From: Saccostrea cucullata
Lineage: Eukaryota
Direction: 5' to 3'
Length of the DNA: 64,000 nt
NCBI RefSeq assembly: GCF_032062105.1
Contig: NW_026935671.1
Span: 1-64,000, forward strand
Made by a program: the position numbers and the translations under genes. Shown here piece after piece: positions 26,221-40,399 of this stretch; the first letter of the stretch is position 1; each line of letters opens with the position of its first letter. A model generated the notes under the pieces. That model was given only the letters and a program-made list of their open reading frames with translations. It had not been told where the DNA came from and did no database searches.

Positions 26221-27570
26221 CATCAATTAAAAAACTAGATATATGTACAATACAATACTTTTTTCTAAGTTTTATTTAATCTAAAAAGAATACTTGTTTT
26301 TTATTATTTTTTGCAGTTATGAAACTTACTTATTTTTGGTGCTATGTCTTCCACAATTCTCTGTCTAAATATTATGTGTAAGCTGATATTTTCCAATTTT
26401 TTTAATTTTTTTTTTAATAAATGAATTTCAAATGCAAATGTTTAGGTAAGCGTTAAAGTGGATTGGGAGGTTTACACTTTTGAACCGCAAAGCAGTTTAT
26501 ATAAAGAGAGTAGACTGTTACAATCCACTTTATATCGTATAATTTGAGTAGCCATTAATTTGATTCCTTATGATTTGATTTGCATTCATTTAGTTTAAGA
26601 AAAAGATGATTGCCTTTAAAAATGGCTTTAAAATGTAAAATGTATGTGTAATGTCAAGCAAAACAAGTAATTTTGACTTAGGCAACCCATATAATGCAAT
26701 ATAAATGTTCTTTTTTCCGAGTAAAAACAAGAATCAAATAATGATATGATAATATTTATTGCACAAGACGTAAATCTGATTGCCTTAAGTATATATAACA
26801 AACATCACATAGTAGGTTGTGTGGCATGGTAATATTAATATATGCAGTATATAATGTTAGATAGGAACAAACTTCAATGATATAGTGTTTAGCCATTTAC
26901 TTTAGACAGAAAATGATTTTGTGACACTTTCACGTACTTCAAAAGCATGTTGGAGGTAAATACCTAACTTGCACAATTCCTTATATTATTTTTTTGTAGA
27001 TTAAACAGCTGTATTTAAAAAAAAGACTAAAGGTTCTTTTCAGTAATATTTCTTAATTTATTGACATCTAATATTACTAAATTGAGGACATTTAAAATAA
27101 AATAAAATTCATCCTCAATATATAAATGGCTCATTTCAAAATACTTATGATCTGAATGGTATTGCTTTTTAAAATTCATTTTTATAGGATTTTTTTACTT
27201 ACTCATATACATTTAATTTACCATTGTATGTAAAAGAAAATTTCTGAAGTTATATAATTTTGCAAACAAATTGATTTGAATATATCAAAACCATTATTTA
27301 TTGATTCAACTCTTGACATGAACAAATAAATGAATTTGAATAATTTGTAGTTAAGCAATAGGACGTGCAATGTTAATATTTATAGAATCATTTTAAATAA
27401 TGTGCACATATGTAAGGTATTTACACACAGTGCGTAAAATAAGGCTTTTGAATTCCTTGCTTCATTGTAATACAGGTTGGTATATAATTACTTTTCAATG
27501 CAAAGTGTAGCAATCAAAATAAAGTTATTCATTCAACAGTTTCACCTGTTAAGATTGTGGGTACGTTTTG

Positions 27571-28653
27571 CTATGAAATGATCTGTGAAGCAAAAAAGAG
27601 TATATAAGGATTACAAGAGAAATTTAGGGTTCCTAAGAGAAATTGTAAATAGGATGTGTATGTTAAAAGGGTCCTTGGAATAAAATTAAAACTATAAGCT
27701 AATAAAGCTGATTTATGCATCAAAACTGAAATTTGAAAGCAAATAAAAACTGATAATATAATGGAAATAGTGACATTCATTCTTCTGTGGATGTTATTTG
27801 CAACAAAAGAGTTTTTTAGAGCTTTCACCTTTTTGATATGTATAATAATGATTGCACAGATAGAAAGCAACCCACAAAGAGTATACATAATAAGGGAATT
27901 TAGGTGCATGATTTTATTTTGAAAAGATAAATCTTTAGTAATCGTTGTTATAAGTATTACTTTGAAAGCTGAAAACAGTGAAAAAAAAATCCAAATCATC
28001 ACAGACATTGCCATAACAATTGAGGCAGAAAGTCGTATTTTGCTCTGTAAGGGATGGACAATAAACAAATATCTGATCATAGAGAGGAACACAATGTATG
28101 AACATGAACAGATGAAAATTATTTCAGGTAAAACATAAAAAGTCATAACCAAAAACGCTCTATCGAAAACAACATGTTGAATGTGAAGATAAGTCGCCAA
28201 TGTCGTAAAATTATTTAAAAACCCGGAGATGATATTTAGAGTATCGAACAATGCAAGGCATCCGATGGCAATAAATGTTGGAGTGTGAAACTTTTTATAG
28301 CATAAAACTGTGCAGATGGTCACCACATTTCCAACGAAACCCAGTATTAAGATTATCAATGCCAAGATCTTCATTGATTTCTCAAATTCATCTGATATCA
28401 AATCAATATTATATGAACTGAATAATTGGAATGATAAGGTAAAATCCTTAATAAACTCAATATCGTTTAAATAATCATAAGAGTCATTTTGTGTTTCGTT
28501 CCAGGTTCTCTGAAGATTTCTGTCAAGTGGAAACAAGTCTGAGATCCAGACAGTACTATTGTGGGTCAATTCCGTGTCCTCATTAATGTTCGACGAATCC
28601 CACATGGAATGTTCATATGTGGTTGCCGAAATTTCACAATTATAAAAGACCAT
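27571..28653 (-). CDS. Class-A orphan GPCR, copy 2 (360 aa)
   Basis: Intact ORF with GNVVTI, KKFHTPTF, LALFD, MIRY..VHP, W4.50 and FSCNPYIL; paralogous to copies 1 and 3; splice acceptor 10 nt upstream of the ATG; AATAAA (minus strand) at 27297-27302. Confidence 0.93.
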   Translation of the reverse strand: MVFYNCEISATTYEHSMWDSSNINEDTELTHNSTVWISDLFPLDRNLQRTWNETQNDSYDYLNDIEFIKDFTLSFQLFSSYNIDLISDEFEKSMKILALIILILGFVGNVVTICTVLCYKKFHTPTFIAIGCLALFDTLNIISGFLNNFTTLATYLHIQHVVFDRAFLVMTFYVLPEIIFICSCSYIVFLSMIRYLFIVHPLQSKIRLSASIVMAMSVMIWIFFSLFSAFKVILITTITKDLSFQNKIMHLNSLIMYTLCGLLSICAIIIIHIKKVKALKNSFVANNIHRRMNVTISIILSVFICFQISVLMHKSALLAYSFNFIPRTLLTYTSYLQFLLGTLNFSCNPYILFFASQIIS

Positions 28654-28663
28654 TTCTCCACAA

Positions 28664-28789
28664 CTGTAAAACGAGGATTTTTTTTTCTTTAGTTAACAGA
28701 AATGATACATCTTTATTATAATTAAATAAAAGAAGTAAACACCAACGACTCCCAATGAATTAAAAAGTGCATTTTATTCCTTAACATAC
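28664..28789 (-). other. Predicted 5'-UTR intron of GPCR copy 2
   Basis: Donor GAAGAG|GTATGT; acceptor GTTTTACAG|TTGTGGAGAAATG. Confidence 0.72.
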
Positions 28790-30369
28790 CTCTTCTGTGG
28801 TATTCACTGTGTTACAGGGGTATGTCGTGGAGCTAGTTAACAACTGATTGTAGATGTTTGGCGTCAGATGATGCTATTATGAGAAAAAAAACTCATAAGA
28901 TAAGAATTTTATACAAGAATCAGCTTTATCATATATTATGACTTTTTCTAATTATTGAATCTTTAATGAATTCATAACAGTTTATGTAACCACTTTTCAT
29001 CGCATAATTTCATGGTGGGAAGCTGGAAAACAAGGGCTAAACTGCGTTAAAAATTAATGGCAAGAATAATTCTTTGAACGCGTTATTTTCTGTAAAACTT
29101 GTTAATTTCCCAAAAACATATTAACTGAAATATGTGAAATTTACAGTAACTTATGTCTGTTTCATACACACATGAACAGGTGGATTTCAATTAACAAAAA
29201 TTATATAATGGGCATCAAAGAGAGCAAAAATTTGCAAGAACACAAAAACAGTTTTATACGCTATTTTCTTAAATATTAGCGGTCTTGTTGTTCAAATACA
29301 TATATAGGAGGCAGTTTCAATTTCTGGAAGTCTAGTAAGCAAAATATTTGCCCAGAATTGGAATTCAATACATTAAATTTCTTCCTGACAGCGTCCAAAC
29401 CCACAGACCATGAAGAGTAAAGGAGTTTTGGCGTAAACAGAAAGTTAATGTTTTGTCACATCAACAATATTCGCCGGATCTTTCAATCTTTGACTTGTTT
29501 CATTTCCCAATTTTTGAAAAATCAGAAAGAAAAAAAAAAGTCATAAATCTGCCATTTTAGTATACGAAGGGTCATACTCAAAACTGTGTTTAAAAAAATG
29601 TCTTTTAATTAAAAGAGAATATTCTATTAAATCATGAAGATAAAATCATAGAAAAGCGATTTTTGTTTCTTTCCGAGCCCTGATGACATTATTTATTGAA
29701 CGCCCCTCGTATTATGACCTCTTTATTGAGAGATCTGTTCCCAGAAAGGAAATGTGTAATCTTTCCTGTTTTTGGTTATTTAATACAGTATATGGTTATT
29801 AGTCACTAGGGTTTTTTTTTTTTAAAAAAATCGTTTGCCTTATCCTGTTTCTCATGGAGAAGAATTATCCCTTTATATTGTTTACTTAGAAAATAAACGT
29901 TATCACTGTTAGTTCTGTCTGTTAACTGTTTGAGCACTTTATTTTGGCTTTTGGTTTTTAATACCCAAAGCACAGTTGTTCCCAAAAAGGCTTTGAAAAA
30001 ATTAAGTGCAAAAAAAACTTTACCTCGTACAGTGTACATCAATGTAATCAGTTTGTATAAAAATTAGTGTATTGGACGGATTTTCGCTGCATTTTCTGTA
30101 GTAAAACGTAGGCATTTAAAAAGCTTCTGATTTGTAATATCTATAACCACAGATGCCTGTATTCTGGTGTCGAGTAATCAAAAGATGGGCATTCCTTGGT
30201 CTTTTGAAAGATCATTTTAAAGTTTCAAAAGGACAGAATAAAGTTTGTTGCAAATATTATATAGACCTAACTGCTGCTTCACACAAAGTAACAATGAATC
30301 AAAAGAGACATTGTATATGAAAGGTTCATTGTAAGACAGATGCCCATGACTAAACGTACGTCTGTGTGA

Positions 30370-31590
30370 GTTGTTTCCCGTTGCCTGCACTAAAAATAAT
30401 TGATTAAAAACTTTTTAACATTATTTCTCTCCCTCATTACTAAAACTTCTTCTCTATTTATAAAACAATCAGCAAAGATTAATTTGACGTATTGTTTATT
30501 CAGTAAATCTTTATTATATTAATATATATATTTTTTGTTATAATAAACTTGATTCTTACATCTGCAATAATAATGTAGACTGAGGTAATTCATCTACTGC
30601 TACTCAACTTTTCATCTTATTCTTGTCAGAGAATATGTTTTATTTTTATGAAATACTATGAACATGTATTTGTCTAATATTCAAGCATCTTTATTCCAAT
30701 ATCATGCCAATGTAAAAAGTGAAAGATCGCTGCATTTTTGTGGTTAGAATTCATCTCTTTAAATTATGGTATATGTTAATATTAGCTTTGCAAACTGTTC
30801 ACATGTTATAAGGTAACTGAGACTAGTATTTCCTAAAACCTTTTTGGATATAGATTGGATTGCTGCATTAAAGTAGTACCCTCATGAGGTGTTTGTACAT
30901 GCAGTTTGATACAGTATTCTAAAAACAGTATGATGTATACGTCGAATCATACAATCAGGAAACCAGCAACCTTAAGTTTCTATGACATTGTTAAGCCAAT
31001 TCACATGATGCCGTCATTTTATGACGGCGTTTTATTTTACAGCTAAAAGTATAACTTTTCAACTTAAAATCCCGCGCAAAAATTCAATAATAATCAGAAT
31101 TTCGAAATGTTGATATTTTTTTTGTATAAATACGGCCATTTCGATTGTAAACTAGTTACTGTTTTTAGTGTTTTGAATTTCAAGACGTAAAAAGAAACCT
31201 TTTTCCCCTTTAACTAAAATATTATATGAATACCACACTGGGGGGCTTTCTCTTAAAACACTGAATTATTAATTTCAGTAGGAAACTTCATCCTCTTTAT
31301 ACATTATGCATTCCTGATATTTTTTAAAGTTACTTTATCAATGTAAACATTCATCTTATGGGTTTTTTTAGTGTCTGTATTGTTCTATTGTATTCAATTA
31401 TTTTCCTCAAAACAGATAATGGAATCTTTACCACCCGGAAACTCGTTAGTTCTAACACATGAGTGAAGTGCATAAACTATATTATGCAAACAGATGGAGA
31501 ACAATATAAAGATCTATTGAAATATTTAATTTTAGAATTCATTTTTCCTGCTTTCAGAACAAGGATACTTTTACGAGGAATGTGAAATTT
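30370..31590. repeat. Conserved intergenic module, copy D (resumes at 41160)
   Basis: Matches 12260-13030; interrupted at ~30990-31458 and again at ~31590. Confidence 0.8.
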
Positions 31591-31639
31591 TAGCTCGTTG
31601 CAAAGGAAGGTCTTCCGTTGTGAAATACATTCTAAAGTT

Positions 31640-32560
31640 ATACAAGTAAACAATCTAAAGGCTTGTAAAGGAAGCAACAAACAATGTTTCGCCAGGAAGA
31701 AGACTGTAAAGGAATGTATATGACCTTCGAACTTTCTAAATGACCTTGCATCAAGCAATGACAAATTCTGTTATAAAAAATCTAATATGTGTGTTACCGA
31801 CTGGAAAAGTTCACACATGTTTTTTAAAATATTCTTTGAGTCCATACATCCAGCCAAAGCATCTTATTTTTAGTGACCTTGAACTTGAGTCAAGGTCATG
31901 TCCCACCCTGCATTATATCAACAATGTTTCACTGGGGCAAATACGGTAGCGAATTTAAAGTTTCTCTGTCAGTAACCTTGACTCGTCCAAATGAATGGAT
32001 ATGTTAAGCCATATTTTTTCCTGAACATATATCGTATCGAAAGAATTTATTAGGTTCAAAACTCTTATTTACCTAATGATTTCACTACAAATATATCTAT
32101 AGGACATGAATTCCCTGCCGAGTGTGTATTAGTAAATAATGCAACATTAAAATCCGTATTTACTAGTGAGAGGATAAAATGAAGCGGACCAGACCGGGAT
32201 TCGAACCCGGGCCCCTTGAAACTCCGGTCAGGTGTTCTACCAACTGAGCCATCTGGCCACCGGCGATCGAACGCTACTGACCGCCACTCTAGTGTATGAC
32301 GTTTGTTGAGAATATCTTGAATAGTTTCTTTAAAATTGGCATCTTAAAAAATGGATAATTATAGATTATGAAATCTCTTTCTAATAATGCATGAATGCCT
32401 AAGCTTACATAAAAATATCTCAAATGGTTTCTCTAATACTAAGCAAAATGCAAGTTTAAGACAAGTGAGGTCAAGGTAACAGGAAAGTGCAAGGTCAAAA
32501 TGTATCAGCATACTAAAGTTTGATAAAAATGTCTTGAATGGATCATTCAAAACTGAGCGT
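31640..32560 (-). repeat. Interspersed repeat, inverted copy of 46517-47300
   Basis: GTGACCTTGAACTTGAGTCAAGGTCATGTCCCACCCTGCATTATATCA is the reverse complement of ~47020-47070. Confidence 0.8.
32186..32258 (-). other. tRNA-like cloverleaf (pseudo-tRNA) inside a 120-bp insertion
   Basis: GGCCAGA TG GCTCAGTTGGTAGAAC A CCTGA CCGGAGTT TCAAG GGGC CCGGG TTCGAAT CCCGG TCTGGTC C: 7-bp acceptor stem, perfect T arm, imperfect D and anticodon arms with an 8-nt loop. Confidence 0.7.
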
Positions 32561-33783
32561 CTAACTTTAGCCCATTTTTTCAGTGTCAAATTATTTTCCA
32601 GGTTTCCATCGTTTAATTTGTAGACTATTTTAAAAACAGGAAACAAACAATTTACCTATTACATTGGAGAGTCTCATTGTATCGCTTTATGGGAAAAATG
32701 GAAACTTGTACACGATATGGACCTCAGTTTTTATTTTTGAACTTGCCATGTAATTCTACATGAAAATAAACAGTTGTAGAAACTAAACACTTTTAAAGGA
32801 TGAACTTGATTATAATTTTTACGAGGTTATAAATTTATTTGTCTAAATATAATAAAAACGGGACTAGAAATCTGTAAATTACGTTTTATTTGAATTTTTT
32901 TTTCAAACGGACGGTCGATACTTTTTAATCATCCAAAAAAGTAAACATTCAGACAACATACACATTGTCAATCAACAAAAAAAATGTATGTAGTATGCAT
33001 GGTATGTATTCGAATTTTTGCAAGATATCGCGATACAATGAAACCTGCGATATATTGAGAATCCAGTACACACATACCTAAACAAATCAACCGATTGACA
33101 TTCTCGGCTCAGAAGATTAACAATGACTGACCAGAAGGAGGTTAATATTACCGTTATTAGAATTACCCAATATCAGAGCGAACCAAAATTTAAGCACATG
33201 TACCTCAAATACACAGAAATACAATAAGTAAGAAAAGAATTTAATTAATGTTTTATAGTAGAGATGATGATTAAGAGACAGAAATGATTTTTTCTAATTT
33301 TTCTAAAATCGTATTCTGAAAGCCCGGGATATATAATTAAACTTACATGTACAAGCTTGTACCCGTAAAATCGTGCAATTGAAATATTCTGTGTATTCGA
33401 CGAAAACAATAACATTTTAAGGTTACAATTACAATTATCATGCATGTGTCATGAGGTATAAAACTTGTAATTAATAAATGCACAAGCGGTTACGATTGAT
33501 TAAAACAAGCATGAGATAGAGTGAAATAAAATAATATGAAAGAGTCGACATGATTTCAAAGCCAATTTCCATTTATAACTATCGGAGTACATGATGTATT
33601 TTTAACACCGATATGCCCGCGGCTCTCTGCGGTCACCATGGTCACGCACGTGTGACCGATGACTGGGTGCAAAACTTTTAGAGACAATGCGACAGAGGTG
33701 GATGTAAACTGTTTGCTAATACAAAGGCGTGAATTATATTATGTTTTGAAGTATTTTTTGTGTATAAAGTTAATTTACTATTA

Positions 33784-36700
33784 CACTGCAAGAAAACTCG
33801 CGTTTAATATAATTTAATAAATTCGTTTACTCCAGTAAATTTCTTGTATTGAATTTAATTTATGTATAACGGTAGATTTTACATGAGATATATTGCCATA
33901 TAATTAACTACAGTTTTCAAATAAGTATAATCATATTTAATGCAAAATACGTCGAGAATAATATAGTTTAATTAAGAAGATTATACGTTTCGTATAAGAA
34001 TATCGACAAGTAAAAGTAAAGATGCTTATACTTAAAGTTTAAGTATATTTTCGGTATTTTGAATATGTCATAAATAATTCTTTATACCTAATGTAAACTT
34101 ATGTTGAAACATTTTTGAAAAAAAAAATATTTAGGCACCCTATCTATTTTAATTTATTCATTTCTCATTTTTAATTATTTAACCCTTATGTAGATTTTTC
34201 AAAACTGTGGAATATAACTTAGTTTTTCTCTCTATCGACTACTACTGTAGTACAATTACATCGGGATCGAAGTCGGGCTCGAAAAGCAATTAATTTATAA
34301 ACAACACACCGCGCCGAAATTCAATTTTTGGAGGGTTCCACGCAGCCATGTTGAACTTGATCATGATGTTGTATATGTGGAAGGGGCGAAAGAGAGTTAC
34401 GCGAAAAGGAGAAGCATGATTAACTTTGGATGGAATTTCTGTTTTAACAGAAGATGAAGACATTTACGACACTGTATAGCGGTAGGAACAAGTTACAATG
34501 TACAAAATTTTATCATGTTGTCCTTGAATGAATAATTGCATCTGCTACTGATAATGTTACTGTTCTGGACACTACACATAAAATGCCTGGCAGTAAAAAC
34601 GTTTGGGCAAGCGTTATTTAAAATTTGTAATAATTATTTAACACTTTTAAACATCTCATAAAGATGGATTTTAACCAGAATTTCCTCGTTTGGGATTGGT
34701 ACTATAATTTTAGTGTTCCTCTGTTCAGCATTTACAGAGTATGTTGTACAATGTAATAAAATATATATTTATTTCTTAATGCATACTCAAAATCATATTC
34801 AGTACTTATTTTGATTATTTAATCATGTTAATAGCTGCAGTGGACTGTGCCTGAGACGATTCCCCACAGCGCCGGCTATAGACAGCTTGTGAAAATGGTG
34901 AGAACCACGCAGCTCAAATTTTCAATTAACACAAATAGCCTAACAATGTTTTTATTAACTTGTATCTTTTAGCATGAGACTATAAAAAATATTGCAACAA
35001 CTTGAAATGCTATATACCAAGTAACCAAGACGAGGGTTATATTCTTAATTCCTTATCCTAAAAATACAATAGCAATGGATTCTGTGCTATGCATAATTTT
35101 TCTTGCGTTAAATACTTAAGCATGATTATTAAAAATAGCTATCATATATTCTATGATGCACAATTATGCATGCATTATTTACAGGAATCCAAATGATAAT
35201 AAGAAATGACAAAAGCAGTATAAAGATTAAAACGAAGGTAAGATGTCTTAAATTTTCTGATAAGATCAATAAAATCACATGAATTAATTTTTTCAGCTCA
35301 CCTGAGCCATTTTAAGACGAGAGCGAGTTTTCTGATCTGTGTCTGGTATTCGTCTGTCATCTATAAACTTTTCAAATTTTTATTACATTCATCAGAATTA
35401 ATCCTACTTTGAACAAGTAACCCTGCAAGATACATCTTTTCCTTCAGAAATTGTGCCAGAAAATATTGAAGTGCTATGGGAATGATCAACATTGAACTTG
35501 CAGAGCCATCCTTCTGAAAGTGACTTGACCAGATATTTGGCTACCCAGTATGAGGTACGAACTAATCATTTGTGGTACGACTTTGTGTATGGGATTGCCA
35601 CCATTTACTGGTACTTTGCATTTGCTGTCCACTTAAAAAAAACCCTGCTATCTACAGTGTAAGTTGTTAATATGTTTTTTTTATGTTAATTCACTTGCTC
35701 ATCATCCCAATAACTTGCATGTTAAATGTTGTAGATGCTAACCTTTGCATTTTTGTATACTCTTAAATTCCATGTGTTCCGAGTATGTACATCCATTTTT
35801 ACATGTATATCATGTTTTGTCGTCTCTAAATTTGATCTAATACATATCATATAATATGTTTTAGAAATAATTCGCAGAACAAGATCACAAAGTTTAAGGA
35901 TTTTATTATTGTATGAATGTTATCTACTTGCTCTAATTATAAATACATCTGTTTGTTTATTTTTTCTACGTGATGCCATACCTGCTTTAAATTTTTTATA
36001 TTTTTTTTATCCATAGTATCTTTCTGCTAAATTGAATAAAATGTCGTGGAGGAACACGAAGAAAAGGGCTGCGCATCTCAACATATTGAAGGTCAAGCAG
36101 GTGAATACAATCGTAAATTGCTAAAAAAAAAAAAAAGATGACAAAAAGTCACCAGTCCCCAATTTACATGTACTTCCACAAAATCTGTAGCTAGCTGGTG
36201 TGAAACTATAGATATGTATGTCTTAATATGTTAAATGCTGTAAATGCTATTCTTTGCATTTTCGTAAACTTTGTAAATCTTCAAATTCAATGTGCTCAGA
36301 CTACGGTACCATTATGTATATTTTAGGTCATAATTTGTCATCTATAAATTTGATATATACATATAATAATATGTTTTTTTATGTAATTCACTTAACTAGA
36401 TGACACAGAATCTTTTCATTGTGAAAAATGTTATTTTCTTGCATTAGTCATGTTAGTCTTAAGTATACCCTGTTTGTATATTTTTTCTCCTTTTTGTATA
36501 TTCTTTCTACGGAGAGCCATACCTGTTATTGATTTTTCATATTTTGTTTGTTACAGCTTTTTACCTTATCCATAGTATCTTGCTGCTAAATGAAAGAATT
36601 AGGATGGAGGAACAGAGAAAAGGGCACCTCAACATGTTCAATGTCAAGCAGGTAAACATAATGGTAAAATGCTAAAAAAAAAAGATGGCGAAAAAAAATC

Positions 36701-39634
36701 ATTAGTCCCCAATTTACATGTATATCAACACAAGCTTCAAAATCTGTAGCTCGCTGGCCTGAAATTATAGATAAGTATCTGTCTTTATTACCCAGACTTG
36801 AAAAAATGGCATAGTCTTTTGTGGTCTTCTGTAAATTTTTTAATTAATTAAAATTGAGCTGTGTTTCCTCTAGATCAATTGATAATTTTACAATCAACTC
36901 AGATTTTGTGTACTAGTTTATATATGCAATTGCATAAATCCGGAAGCACACATATAATATGTATATATATAGGCAAATGGGTATTCATTTTTATGTTTGT
37001 TGTAGAAATTAGGAGCTAGATGTGCTTCTCCAGAGCTGAAAACTTCTTGGCAAGAAGAGGAGAAAAAGCAGGAAGAAGCAGATTTAAATATTGATTGCGT
37101 CTTCATAGTACAGAAAATGATTCTAAAGATGATACCATCTATGAAATTAGAAAACCGAAGTGTCGTTTTGATGATTGTTAGAAAGTCTTCAAAGAACAGG
37201 ACACCAAAAGTGCCACTCTCAATTCAAAGAACTCTAAAAGGCAGAGCATAAGAAGAACTAGGACAAGTAAAGAATCTAAAAGAGTCAAACCTATGGATGT
37301 AGTAATTAAACAGAGATGGGCTATTAGAGATGAAATATCTGAGTTGCTTTGTTTTGCACAAATGTGATGCTCTTTTTACTTATTTTTAATTGACACATTC
37401 AATGTTAGATAAGAAAAATATACCTAGTGTTGTATTTTTGACAGTGAAAGTTTTTCTGATGCTTGATTACAGATTAAAACTGATATGTTTTTTTATTGTT
37501 TAAACATTTATTGGTTTATTGTGTAGTACTGTATGCAATCATGCACTTTAATCTTGATTTATATATTACATATATGTACAAGTCTGACTTAAATATAAGT
37601 GCATGGACATTATTGTGGAAAAAAATAAGACAATCAAGGGTAGTCTGAAAAAGTTTTGCTGGCAGTAAGTTGCAGATCTTGATACCCAAGTAAGAGAAAG
37701 GTGGCATCTCTGACCGATCCTTTTGCTCTTGCTTGTGGGCGAGTGAGGCTTCTCTGTCAGTGGCTTAGTGAGTCATAGATGTAAAAAATAGAATAGGTAA
37801 ATGAGGTAAATACATTTCTGAGTAAAAAAGGGGTGAATTGTGATTTTAATAAATATTACAATTAATATTGCAAGAGTAATGAGAATTGCAAGAGTAAAAT
37901 ATTGATTTGTTTCCTTCCATTTGAAGTAAAAGAGCTTATGACGAGAATCTTTTCCATTAAAATAGAATTGTAATTAAGGCTTAAAAAAATTGCTAAATAT
38001 ACTTGTACATCTGTTTATACAGGACTTGTATGTGCATGTTTCAGAGCTCATTCTTGATATTTTAAGGCAAAGTTAAAAATATCACTATTGAAATGTCTGG
38101 CATTCCAATGTAAAGTTGATTTAATGGGGATATGTTAAGTTACAATATTTCATCAAGCAATAAACCTAGCAGTTGGAACAGAAATGGGCTAAATGTATTG
38201 GAAACAAATTTAAGCTGCTGCTGTTTTGTGTAATTGTGATACTTTTTCCTTAATTTGAATTGACATAACCAAATGATATAAAAGATTTTTTTGGGTATTG
38301 TATTTTTCACAGTCAACATTAAGTATTTTACAAGTTGAAGTTGAATAATTAGTGCATGGACATCTATTGTGGAAATACTTGGGAAACAATAAAAGGGTGG
38401 TCTGAAAGAGCTTTGCTGGCAGTAAGTTGCAGATCTTGATACCCAAGTAAGAGAAAGGTGGTGTCTCTGACCGATCCTTTTGCTGTTGCTTGTGGGCGAG
38501 TGAGGCTTCTCTGTCAGTGGCTTAGTGTGTCTTATTAAATGTACATGTAAAAAGATTGGACAACTTTTATTGGCAATTTTTATTCTTTTTATGCAAAGTA
38601 TGATATAATTTTTTGTCGGAAATTGAAATGCCATTTACAACCCATACAGCAGTTTTAATAGGGTCAGTTTCAGTCACAGATTTTGCAGTCTTTTGGAGTC
38701 CAGAGTGACTACATTTTTGACCTGTTGTGTTATGATTTATTGCGGATTTGAATTTTACACACAATTCTATTCTTTAATTAAATTATTTATAATTACTTCA
38801 GTTTATTACTTACTACTAGTATGTAAAAATTTACTCCATTATAATTGAGCTACAATCATGATTGTAAATTTTTAAATTCTGACATTTAGACATAAATTTG
38901 AAATATCTTGTACTTTGTTAGAACTCATAATGATTGTTTGTACACCAATGAGACAACATCTAATAAAATTGAATGAGAAATTGATTTGTGTATGATTGTA
39001 AAATACTTGTCAAAACCAACAATTGTAAACCATGCAAATTATTGATGGAATAAATATAAAATTAAAATAATATGCAATAATATAATGATACATGTATTAA
39101 ATTTCATCAAATACAACCTTAAATCTTAATGATATGGAAAGGTTTAATCCGTACATTTTCATCACATATACAAGAGATTTAATATTAGTTTATGAAAGAT
39201 TAAAATTTGGACGTATTAGTAAGTTTACAATTTTCCGTATATAACTTAATTTTTGGAAGTATTATAAAGTAAAGTGTGAATTTAACAAAAAATAATGAGG
39301 TAAAGATCTACGTTAAATATCATTAAACGAACAAATTTAACATGACCATAAAACTTTATTTTATTGGCATGTTTAATAAGAATTATATGTTTTGTATATT
39401 AGAGGTATAATATTTGTTTACGGCAGACTTAAATCCGAACGTATTAGTAGGTTTACAATTTTCCAAACTTTATTAAATTTGTTCTTTTAATTTTTCATTA
39501 AACTCGTATTAAATGCTAATTGTTTTCTTACATTTACGATCCCACAATATGTTATATGATGCATTTAAACATTAAATAATCGCAGCATTTAAATCGTATT
39601 TAAGGTAAAATTAAACCCGACTTTTCATGCAGTG
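33784..39634. mobile_element. Non-autonomous CACTA/EnSpm-type transposon, 5.85 kb
   Basis: TTA|CACTGCAAGAAAACTCGCGTTTAAT ... ATTAAACCCGACTTTTCATGCAGTG|TTA: 22/25 TIR match and 3-bp TTA TSD; no transposase ORF. Confidence 0.8.
35720..36785 (+). repeat. ~510-560-bp tandem duplication inside the CACTA element
   Basis: 35720-36225 matches 36230-36785, each with an exon-like block CCATAG|TATCTT...GTCAAGCAG|GT. Confidence 0.8.
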
Positions 39635-40399
39635 TTAAATAAAAATATTAAATTGAAAAACAAGAGACCGATGGTAAAAATAATGCGTAAATTGTATTTT
39701 AAGTATCTCAAGACTTCCACCACTAAATGCAAATTATTTGCCAAGGCCCCTTTTCAATTACAAATGAAATGAAGTACAATAACACGGGATAGAGAAATAC
39801 TTTTTTTTTAGTTTTGAATTGTATAGTTCAAGAAAGCGAATAAAATAGAAAATGATTTTATGCACCAGTGTTTGGAAGTGACTTGAAGATTAAATAAAAG
39901 ATGGGCGAAGTAATTTATAGATTCGATATGATTTAAATTCATTAATTAATGGTTCTTTGTACACAATGGATCTTAAACGCGATCACAGATATATGCACTT
40001 GCTTTGTTTATGTCCACAGGTAGCTTGTACACTGGTGACCTCGATCGGCAGCGTGGGATCGCGCGTTAGGTTACATAACTGTTAATATCGAGTGAACGAG
40101 TGAACATGGAGATCGTATGATGCATACAGTAAACGATCGTGAATTATTCGATGCTTAAAGTTTAAAATTACTTAATATATAGTTACTGTAATAATAAACG
40201 TAGAAAGAATGATTTCATATCCTCCGTTTTTTAACAGTATAAAACTAATTTTAAAAAAAGAAGAAAAGACTAGTTGTAATAGATAATTATAATTAAATAG
40301 TTAACTATAAAGCACATTAAAAAAACTTATTTAGAGGAAAATGTACAATAAATACCGTAAGGTATATTATTTATAGCAAGTTTGTTTAAGTTATACACA

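Noticed and set aside
38140-38634. 164-aa minus-strand ORF
   Set aside because: No recognisable domain; overlaps a duplicated block whose other copy does not keep the ORF.
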